In this document: in pieces, positions 37,401 through 44,290 of the stretch
Position numbering within the stretch: position 1 is the stretch's first letter
Layout of the letters: every line of letters begins with the position of its first letter
Source of the DNA: Bacteroidota bacterium
Lineage (GTDB): Bacteria; Bacteroidota; Bacteroidia; Bacteroidales; UBA10428
Assembly: GCA_003252385.1 (NCBI GenBank)
Contig: QKEH01000137.1
Location: forward strand, 6,598 to 70,597
Direction of reading: 5' to 3'
Length of the DNA: 64,000 nt
Notes under the pieces: model-generated
What the model was told of the DNA's origin: nothing
The model's database searches: none
The model's input: only the letters and a program-made list of their open reading frames with translations
Translations under genes and position numbers: made by a program

Positions 37401-39095
37401 CATGGCTTCGAAAAAAACCGGCTGCGAAGTATACAAGCGGCACCCCATGCCATGCCATTGCGATCCTTGTCCGGAAAAAACAAATACCGTCCGATCGGGT
37501 ATTCGACCTTGAACAGGTTCGGTAATTTGGATGGATTGATGAAATTTCACCAGATGCTCACACAATTGTTCCCGGCTTGTGGCCACAACCAGTTTGCGGA
37601 ATTCCAACTGAGGTTTTCGAATGGCAAAGGCAGCACAAAAGTGGCGCAGTGCTTCGGGGTGGTTGTCCACTTTTTTCTCCACAAAGTCGGCTACCTTTTT
37701 GGCGTAACTCTTGAGTGCCGTATCGGAACTGGCCGACAATGGTAAAACAAAGTACTTTTGGGTGAAAGTAGGATTGGATTCTCTTGCGCGGCAAGGTTTG
37801 TATTCCTGAAGTACAATATGGGCATTGCTTCCGCCCCATCCGAAAGAGCTTACTCCGGCCAGTAAAGGCTTTTCGGCATTAGCAGGCCAGGCAGTGGTCT
37901 TGTTGGCTACCTCAAGATGCCACTCATCAAACCGAATTTTGGGATTGGGTGTTTCAAAATGGATGTTTGCCGGAATTTCGCGGTGCTGCATGGCCAAAAC
38001 TACCTTCAGTAAACCCGCAATCCCCGAGGCGGCTTCGGTATGTCCAATACTGGCTTTTACCGAGCCAATGAGCAATGGGGGTTTACGGATGCGGGAAGTG
38101 CCAAAGAAAGCACCCAGGGCTTCTGCTTCTAACGGATCGCCCAACCGGGTGCCCGTTCCGTGTGTTTCGATGTAATCAACATCGCATGGGTCGATTCCTG
38201 ACTGTTGATATGCTTTTTCGAGCAGGCGATATTGTCCTTTGGCGCTCGTAGCCGGCATGTGGGTATTGAATCCGTTGTTATTGAAGGCTCCGCCACGAAT
38301 TACTGCAAGTATGCGATCGCGATCGTTTTCGGCAGTTTCAAGCGGTTTTAAGAGAACCAGCCCTGCCCCTTCTGCACGAACAAAACCGTCGGCATTGGCA
38401 TCAAAACAACGGCATTGCCCGGCACTCGATAGCCCTCCGAATTTTGCCAGGTACACGTATTGTTCGGGGTTTAGGATATGGTTGACTCCTCCGGCGATGC
38501 CCATATCAATTTTCCCGTTTTGAAGCGATTCCACACACTGCATCACCGCTATAAGCGACGACGAACAACCGGTGTCGAGCACATAACTGGGGCCGGTTAA
38601 CCCGAAGAAGTATGATATACGGTTAGCAATCACATTGTTGGACTGTCCAATTCCTGAGAAATTATTGATTTCGGCATGTCTTTGGTTTCGGAAATGTTCG
38701 AAATCGGCCCAGATATTCCCCAGGTAAACCCCGGTGTTGGTACCTGCAAGGGCATCGAAGGGCATCGTACTGCTTTCGAAAAGTTCCCAGGCCAATTCCA
38801 TCATCAGTTTCTGCGAGGGGCTCATTTCATAAGCTTCCATGGGCGATATGGAAAATAGCTTAGGATCAAAATGGTGGATGGTTTCTAAAAAACCACCTAC
38901 ATTCTGGTTGGTTTTATTGGGTTTCTTTCCATCGGGATGATAGTATCTGCTCATATCCCATCGGTCGGATGGAACAGGCTCAATGGCAGACCGTCCTTCT
39001 TTCAACAGTTTCCAAAGTTCTTCGGGATGAGCTGCTTTTGGAAAACGACACGACATCCCGATTATAGCAATGGCTTTTTCGTTTCTGGCACGCAT
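34428..39095 (-). CDS. Type I polyketide synthase, single module KS-AT-DH-ACP-TE (no KR, ER or MT)
   Basis: 1555 aa. All catalytic motifs were read directly (see the domain sub-features). Confidence 0.95.
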   Translation of the reverse strand: MRARNEKAIAIIGMSCRFPKAAHPEELWKLLKEGRSAIEPVPSDRWDMSRYYHPDGKKPNKTNQNVGGFLETIHHFDPKLFSISPMEAYEMSPSQKLMMELAWELFESSTMPFDALAGTNTGVYLGNIWADFEHFRNQRHAEINNFSGIGQSNNVIANRISYFFGLTGPSYVLDTGCSSSLIAVMQCVESLQNGKIDMGIAGGVNHILNPEQYVYLAKFGGLSSAGQCRCFDANADGFVRAEGAGLVLLKPLETAENDRDRILAVIRGGAFNNNGFNTHMPATSAKGQYRLLEKAYQQSGIDPCDVDYIETHGTGTRLGDPLEAEALGAFFGTSRIRKPPLLIGSVKASIGHTEAASGIAGLLKVVLAMQHREIPANIHFETPNPKIRFDEWHLEVANKTTAWPANAEKPLLAGVSSFGWGGSNAHIVLQEYKPCRARESNPTFTQKYFVLPLSASSDTALKSYAKKVADFVEKKVDNHPEALRHFCAAFAIRKPQLEFRKLVVATSREQLCEHLVKFHQSIQITEPVQGRIPDRTVFVFSGQGSQWHGMGCRLYTSQPVFFEAMQRCAEALKPFTNWSLTNLMQASEDTGLLQRIDVIQPYIFAIQVSLAHLWLSLGVVPDAVVGHSMGEVAAAHIAGVLTLPDAARIICSRSQLMRSLSGQGSTMAVVGLGLDQTREFLTNFSGSLEISVNNSPKSTVVSGSQEAINRLLSDLESKDLFGRQVQVDVASHSAQMDAITHDLLIQLENIHPQKGRYPLVSTVRRQPLQGTEMDAAYWVENLRHPVYFEQAINSLLHDGANLFIELSPHPLLKNAIYECAGQQVIPNLSSIGSLNREDPEDEEFWKNFAQVFERGHNIGWKTYYQLEWPDQIELPAYPMERGEFQLKDLSMLATRSESDQGCMQHPFIREKVNLAGLTDLHFNVHLCVNQQPLLEEHRVNDRSVFPAAFYIEMVSYVLNRYLPDQPCGLRKVKFHQPVYPEKDVRVELQLKVTTFEGTPTAFAFYRATHDEEAWQLTCSGEIADVPAPPIKSTCAKPAAEYTDRESLYQLLHILGVDYGHPFRNVVGIQGQGENYEAVVHVAENMFEEAGNGSLNPVLLDNALHSILLPMKGKIIAEHLIFTTVLGIQEIYLPKEVPFTQRHVVTLHVTHKQLGESARYSLNSTLQVHNAHGDLVLALKGVMASVADTGLIKPVQKTADTQSSIRQLIDLPDSQERIKWIQDYLIAIVAKLIKASSDSISSKTTFRSLGIDSLSMVQLWNRIEKEFQISITLKDFTKFPSPNSFARYIDERMLFKKHTEPEATHHDPWLIKSRKSNRVEYQLVLFYDAGGSTQLFKDWEVFLPSSFELVMVELPGHGSRMEEQHIKRYDQLLDFIVPKLKEHLNKPFSIFGHSMGGVLAFETACQLNNRYNLQADALIVSGTPYLNGYENRFINTLMASPVTDEQLLSLIGSAAQTAQEQLVKQLLETLRADFELLYHYPYRNCTVLNAGIVALHATQDDRVALADVQLWEHATSRGFTLCSMEGGHHAVYAQGRQAVEVVLDAIRLHHQQKVFS
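34446..35144 (-). other. PKS C-terminal thioesterase domain (aa ~1318-1550)
   Basis: LVLFYDAGGS, GHS(1393)MGG nucleophile elbow, and late Asp/His residues (ATQDD..., EGGHH). Confidence 0.85.
35226..35483 (-). other. PKS acyl carrier protein domain (aa ~1205-1290)
   Basis: Phosphopantetheine site LGIDS(1252)LSMVQL. Confidence 0.88.
35541..36398 (-). other. PKS dehydratase-like double-hotdog domain (aa ~900-1185)
   Basis: H(937)xxxDxxxxP in LLEEHRVNDRSVFPAAFY, and D(1100)xxxH in LLDNALHS. Confidence 0.75.
36591..37490 (-). other. PKS acyltransferase domain (aa ~536-835)
   Basis: FSGQGSQWHGMG; GHS(628)MGE nucleophile; the specificity position reads VASH (aa 729-732). Confidence 0.9.
37806..39077 (-). 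other. PKS ketosynthase domain (aa ~7-430)
   Basis: IAIIGMSCRFP; active-site Cys177 in DTGCSSS (codon at 38565..38567); HGTGT at aa 312-316; GHTEAASG at aa 351-358; GSNAH. Confidence 0.93.
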
Positions 39096-39276
39096 AAATG
39101 GTTGGTTTTAAAGGTAAAAACGCACTGAAAACGAGGTACGTAAAATGGATTTGGGTGGTATGCAAGAGCCGGGAGCATCCGGGAACTCCATTATGGCTCA
39201 CCCCTGACGGGGTCAATTGTATGATTTCCACCTATAAAATTGATTATTCATTTGCGGTTAATCCCGGTATTTAAAG

Positions 39277-39352
39277 TGATTTACCTCATGAAAATCACAT
39301 GCTATACATCACTTATATAGTATATTGCATTGAATGACAAGTTATTGCAATA
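39277..39352. promoter_or_regulatory. Inverted/direct repeat cluster in the PKS-CheR divergent intergenic region
   Basis: GTGATTT-N8-AAATCAC at 39277..39298. TATTGCA (39323..39329) is repeated at 39343..39349, and TGCAATA (39346..39352) is its inverted partner. A third inverted repeat, ACGAAT-N19-ATTCGT, lies nearer cheR (~39491..39521). Confidence 0.35.
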
Positions 39353-39549
39353 AACACAATTCGAAAAAACTGTTGATTAGGATGGATCGCCACCATTCCC
39401 TGGGTGATATATGTCATATTTTCATCAGGTCGATGGAATTAATACGTAATTTCATAAATCTGTAGCGGGTCGAATGAAATATACCACAAACGAATAACAA
39501 AGAGGTAAGCATAATTCGTTAAATTTCAGCTAAATAAGGATTTTGGTTA

Positions 39550-40464
39550 ATGAAATGTACCATGGATACATGCGTAAACCTACAGAAAGAAGAAACTGTT
39601 AATTGGATTTCTGAACCGGAACTAAACGATGGTAATCAGCTGGAAAGGCTGGAGATTGAGCTTTTGTTGGAAGCCATTCATTCTCGCTATGGTTACGACT
39701 TTAGCAACTATTCTCCCAAATGTATCCGGCGTCGTATCCTTCACTTTCTCCGTCAGTCGCCTTACCCGGCAATTGCCGATTTGATCCACCCCATACTTAC
39801 CCAAGCCCCTTTTTTTCAGAAATTCATGCAACACCTGTCCATTACGGTGACCGAAATGTTCAGGGATCCCAACTTCTACCAGGAAATACGCAGCCGGGTA
39901 ATACCGGTATTGAGAACCTATCCGTACATTAAGATATGGCATGCCGGATGTGCAACCGGCGAAGAAGTGTATTCCATGGCTATTATCTTAAAAGAAGAAG
40001 GCTTGTTGGAACGAAGCCAGCTCTATGCCACAGATTTTAATCACCATGCTCTCATACTGGCGAGCGATGGCCGTTATACCAGCGAAACCGTCCATCAGTA
40101 TCAGGCGAACTACAGCCTTTCTGGCGGAAAAGGCCTGCTTACAGACTACTTTACCTGCAGTAAGCGCCACCTGCAAATCAGTAAAGAATTGAAATCCAAC
40201 ATTTTTTTCACCAGTCACAACCTGGTAACCGACAGCCTTTTTGGCGAAATGAATGTAATCTTCTGCCGGAATGTACTGATCTATTTTAATTCGGATTTGC
40301 AAAACCGGGTACTGAATATGATGAGCGAGAGCCTGGTATATAATGGTTTTTTATGCCTGGGTGCCAAGGAATCCCTCTGCTCCTATCCACACGCTCATTT
40401 TTACCATACTACCTCCGGGAAAATCGGGATTTTTCAAAAAAAACACGCGATTCCTCCATTCTAA
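39550..40464 (+). CDS. CheR-type protein-glutamate O-methyltransferase (stand-alone)
   Basis: N-terminal CheR helical domain (LEIELLLEAIHSRYGYDFSNYSPKCIRRRI). SAM-binding IWHAGCATGEEVYSMAIIL, DFNHHAL and IFCRNVLIYF. Confidence 0.85.
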   Translation: MKCTMDTCVNLQKEETVNWISEPELNDGNQLERLEIELLLEAIHSRYGYDFSNYSPKCIRRRILHFLRQSPYPAIADLIHPILTQAPFFQKFMQHLSITVTEMFRDPNFYQEIRSRVIPVLRTYPYIKIWHAGCATGEEVYSMAIILKEEGLLERSQLYATDFNHHALILASDGRYTSETVHQYQANYSLSGGKGLLTDYFTCSKRHLQISKELKSNIFFTSHNLVTDSLFGEMNVIFCRNVLIYFNSDLQNRVLNMMSESLVYNGFLCLGAKESLCSYPHAHFYHTTSGKIGIFQKKHAIPPF

Positions 40465-40509
40465 AGAAGCCGATAACCGCAACACAAGACTACTACCTAC
40501 ACCAACCAT

Positions 40510-43500
40510 ATGAAATTCAAGCAAAATAAAGCCGTCTATGGGACTGTTATCACCCTGGTAATCCTTGCGGCAGGCAGTTTGGCACTCAACAACCTGGGAT
40601 GCCGGCCATTAGGCTACCATCCAACTGTACATTCGGCAGTGGAGGCCATTGGGTCTCTGGTGGCCCTGTTAACCTGGTTTTTTCTTTATCGGAGTGCGAA
40701 CCCCGATGATAAAGTACTTCAGTGGCTGGCACAGGGATTTCTTGCCATGGGAATTCTGGATGGATTTCATGCACTTCTTGTTCCTGGAAATCATTTTGTT
40801 CTTATACACTGCCTGTCCGACTTGTTCGGAGGCACCTTGTTTGCCATGTCCTGGAGCACTTTGTTTTGGACATCATTCCGAACCCGTCTGGCGGCTTTTC
40901 TTACCGCCTGCACGGCTTTACTGGTGGGGCTGACATCCATTTTTTGGCCACATGGCATGCCGGTTTTCTGGTCCAATGGACACTATACCTCCCTGGCCGT
41001 TGCCATGAACCGGCTGGCGGCTATACTGTTTTTTCTGGCCGGCCTTTATTTTGTGCGCCTGTTGCTTTCCGGCAAACGCAACCCAGGTGTTTTGTTAAGT
41101 GTGGTATTGGCTGTGCTGCTAGGAGTTTCGAGCATTCTGTTAGAATTTTCCAATCTTTGGAATTCCTTCTGGTGGACCCTTCATGCCGTGCGTCTTTCAG
41201 CCTATATTTTTACCCTATGGTATTTGTTACGCGGCGTAGGCCAAATGCAAACCGAACTCAGCAAAAGCAATCAAATGCTGGCCAGGCAACAAGCCGAAAT
41301 TGAACAGGTAAATGCCGAACTCCGACGACAAACCGACAGTTTGAAGCAATCCGAAGAAAAACTCATTGCCCAGCAGCAGAAAATGGTAACCTTTAATACC
41401 GAACTGGAAGAGAAAACCTTGTTTCTGGAAGAACAAAAACAAGAGATTCTTGAAAAGAACCGGGAAAGTGAGCTGAATAACTGGCTCAAAACCGGGCAAA
41501 CCGAATTGGAAAAGCACATGAGGGGAAATAAGCAACCCGAAGTGCTGTGCCGCAACATTCTCACTTTTGTTTGCAACTACCTGCAAGCCGAAGTTGGCAC
41601 CATGTACCTGCTATCAAGTCCGGATACCCTGCAATTTACTGCCGGCTATGCCTTCGACTCCAACCGCCCCCATTTTTCTGAATTTAAAATAGGCGAAGGC
41701 TTTCCGGGGCAGGTCGCTCAGGATGGCCGGCGTATGCTGCTCAAAACTTTCCCCAACAATTACATGCAAATGAAATCGTCGCTGGGGACTAAAAATCCAG
41801 AGCTTATTGTGATCAGTCCGCTGATTTTTGAGGGACAAACCCTGGGTGTTTACGAATTGGGATGCTCGCATGACCTGGAAAACATTCACTATGATTTCCT
41901 GGACAGTATTCACGATAGTGTGGCGATCAGCATACAATCCCTTTTATCCCGGATTCGCCTGGACGAAGCCTTGTCGAGAGCACAGCTACAGGCCGAAGAA
42001 TTGCAGGTTCAGCAGGAAGAGTTGGAAAAAGCCAACGAAGAACTGCGACAACAAACCGATATTCTGATTCAATCGGAAAGAAAGCTGATGATACAGCAGG
42101 AAGAATTGCAGGCGAGCAATGAGGAACTGGCCCAGAAAACCTTGTATTTGGAAGAACAGAAAAAGGAAATCGACCGCAAAAACCACACTCTCGAAGAAGC
42201 CAGAAATACCCTGTCCGTTAAAGCCAGAGAACTGGAAGTTACCAGTCAGTACAAATCCGATTTTTTGGCAAACATGTCGCACGAACTTCGCACCCCCCTG
42301 AACAGTTTACTGATACTTGCACAGCAGTTGCACCGAAATAAGGAGCAGAATCTGATGCCCGATCAGGTAAAAGCAGCCGAAGTGATATATTCCAGTGGTT
42401 CCGATTTATTGCACCTCATTAACGATATTCTGGATCTGTCCAAAATTGAATCGGGTAAGATGATTCTCCAATGGGAAGATGTCAGCCTGAGCCAACTGGT
42501 AGAATCGTTACAGAATCGATGTCTGCCATTGATTCAGGAAAAAGGCCTCGAATTCACCCTAAAAATAGATACGACCCTGCCGCACACTATCCGAACCGAC
42601 CGAACCCGCACGGAACAGGTGCTGATGAATCTGCTGTCGAATGCCATGAAATTCACCGAAACAGGAACTGTTGGTCTTCACTTTTATCCCGCGGAACCTG
42701 ACCGGAATCAAAATCAACAGGACAACCATCCGGGCATGCTGGCCATGGAAATAAGCGATACAGGAATGGGAATACCCGAGGATAAACAGCAGATTATTTT
42801 TGAGGCATTTCAGCAGGTCGATAGCAGCATATCCCGGAAATTTGGTGGCACAGGCCTGGGTCTGTCCATTTCGCGCGAGCTTGCCAACCTGTTGGGAGGA
42901 AAGTTGCAGCTAAGAAGTACCCTGGGCAAAGGATCCGTTTTCACCCTGTTGGTTCCAATGATTCCTAATCCATCACGGAATGAAAGCCAAATCGAATCCG
43001 GAGAGGGACGCAGGAAACCGGATCTCTCCTCCCTGCTGTCGGATGGCATGCAACCAGCCCCGGCAGTTTCCGATGACCGGTTATCCCTGCACAATGGTGA
43101 CTGTATTGTAATGGTGATTGATCACGATTCGCACAGCACGGCTTATATTCACGACCAATGCCGAAAAAACGAGCTGAAATTCTTGCACGCCCTGAATGGA
43201 AACGAAGGTATAGAACTCGTCTATAAGTACCCTGTAGAAGCCATTTTACTGGCGTTGGATTTGCAGGATATGCCTGGCGAAGAGGTGTTACTTGCACTTA
43301 AGAGCGAATCCTGCACCCGACACATACCGGTGGTAACCCTGTTAGGAGCAAACTGTTCCATTCCGGCATTGTGCAAAGGAGCCTTAGCTATTGTGCAAAA
43401 GCCATTAAATCCCAAACGATTTGATACCGTGTTTAACACCCTTCTCGGTTTCATAGCGAAAAAGACAAAATCGCTACTCATTGTAGAAGATAATCAGCTC

Positions 43501-44271
43501 ATCCGGGAAAAACTCACGGAATTGCTGGCAGCCGATGATCTGACCATCACCCTTCTTGACACAGGAATGCAGGCAGTAAAAGCCATTCAGGATACCTCCT
43601 ACGATTGTATGATCCTGGATTTAATGCTACCCGATATCTCCGGCATAGAATTGCTCCAAAAGCTACAGGCAGATGCTGCGAAACCCCTTCCCCCCATCAT
43701 TGTATACACGGCCAAGGATTTGACCCGACAGGAAGCCGAGCAGCTTCAAAAGTATGCCCGTTCCATCATAATAAAAGGCCCCAACTCCAATGAACGGATC
43801 TTCGAAGAAACCTCGCTTTTTCTGCACCGGCCTTCAACCAGTCTGACCCCAAAAGGGCAGCAGATGCTTCAAAAAATCTACGACCACGAAACCATTTTTA
43901 AAGGTAAATCTGTGCTCCTGGTCGATGACGATATGCGCAATGTATTTGCCATATCGCAAGTACTCGAAGAAAAGGGAATGGACATTCACATAGCATCCAA
44001 TGGAAAGCTGGCACTGGAAAAGCTGCAAAGCGGAAAAGCTATTGATATGGTACTCATGGATATCATGATGCCGGTTATGGACGGATACGAAGCCATCCGT
44101 CGCATACGCTCCCAGGAATGCTTTTGGAAACTGCCCATAGTGGCTCTAACTGCAAAGGCCATGAAGGATGACCGCGAGAAATGCATGGCGGCAGGTGCCA
44201 ACGACTACCTATCCAAACCCATCCATATCGAACGTTTATTAGCCCTTATGCGAATATGGTTTTTTAATTAA
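40510..44271 (+). CDS. Hybrid sensor histidine kinase: polytopic membrane domain / coiled coil / GAF / coiled coil / HisKA-HATPase / 3 receiver domains
   Basis: About 7 hydrophobic helices (aa 1-240). A GAF-like region (aa ~340-485). H-box FLANMSH(591)ELRTPLNS, and the N/G boxes (LMNLLSNAMKFT, DTGMGIP, GGTGLGLSI). Receivers have acceptor Asp at ~917, 1036 and 1184. Confidence 0.9.
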   Translation: MKFKQNKAVYGTVITLVILAAGSLALNNLGCRPLGYHPTVHSAVEAIGSLVALLTWFFLYRSANPDDKVLQWLAQGFLAMGILDGFHALLVPGNHFVLIHCLSDLFGGTLFAMSWSTLFWTSFRTRLAAFLTACTALLVGLTSIFWPHGMPVFWSNGHYTSLAVAMNRLAAILFFLAGLYFVRLLLSGKRNPGVLLSVVLAVLLGVSSILLEFSNLWNSFWWTLHAVRLSAYIFTLWYLLRGVGQMQTELSKSNQMLARQQAEIEQVNAELRRQTDSLKQSEEKLIAQQQKMVTFNTELEEKTLFLEEQKQEILEKNRESELNNWLKTGQTELEKHMRGNKQPEVLCRNILTFVCNYLQAEVGTMYLLSSPDTLQFTAGYAFDSNRPHFSEFKIGEGFPGQVAQDGRRMLLKTFPNNYMQMKSSLGTKNPELIVISPLIFEGQTLGVYELGCSHDLENIHYDFLDSIHDSVAISIQSLLSRIRLDEALSRAQLQAEELQVQQEELEKANEELRQQTDILIQSERKLMIQQEELQASNEELAQKTLYLEEQKKEIDRKNHTLEEARNTLSVKARELEVTSQYKSDFLANMSHELRTPLNSLLILAQQLHRNKEQNLMPDQVKAAEVIYSSGSDLLHLINDILDLSKIESGKMILQWEDVSLSQLVESLQNRCLPLIQEKGLEFTLKIDTTLPHTIRTDRTRTEQVLMNLLSNAMKFTETGTVGLHFYPAEPDRNQNQQDNHPGMLAMEISDTGMGIPEDKQQIIFEAFQQVDSSISRKFGGTGLGLSISRELANLLGGKLQLRSTLGKGSVFTLLVPMIPNPSRNESQIESGEGRRKPDLSSLLSDGMQPAPAVSDDRLSLHNGDCIVMVIDHDSHSTAYIHDQCRKNELKFLHALNGNEGIELVYKYPVEAILLALDLQDMPGEEVLLALKSESCTRHIPVVTLLGANCSIPALCKGALAIVQKPLNPKRFDTVFNTLLGFIAKKTKSLLIVEDNQLIREKLTELLAADDLTITLLDTGMQAVKAIQDTSYDCMILDLMLPDISGIELLQKLQADAAKPLPPIIVYTAKDLTRQEAEQLQKYARSIIIKGPNSNERIFEETSLFLHRPSTSLTPKGQQMLQKIYDHETIFKGKSVLLVDDDMRNVFAISQVLEEKGMDIHIASNGKLALEKLQSGKAIDMVLMDIMMPVMDGYEAIRRIRSQECFWKLPIVALTAKAMKDDREKCMAAGANDYLSKPIHIERLLALMRIWFFN

Positions 44272-44290
44272 ACTTTTAATTACGAGGATT

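Noticed and set aside
38980-39231. 83-aa minus-strand ORF overlapping the PKS start in another frame
   Set aside because: It overlaps the well-supported KS N-terminus (IAIIGMSCRFP). It has no independent start context and is probably spurious.
39550-40464. Reading CheR as evidence of a canonical chemotaxis operon
   Set aside because: No cheA, cheW, cheB, cheY-like single-domain partner next to it, MCP or flagellar gene is in the window. The neighbours are hybrid kinases, so it is treated as a non-chemotaxis CheR (see findings).
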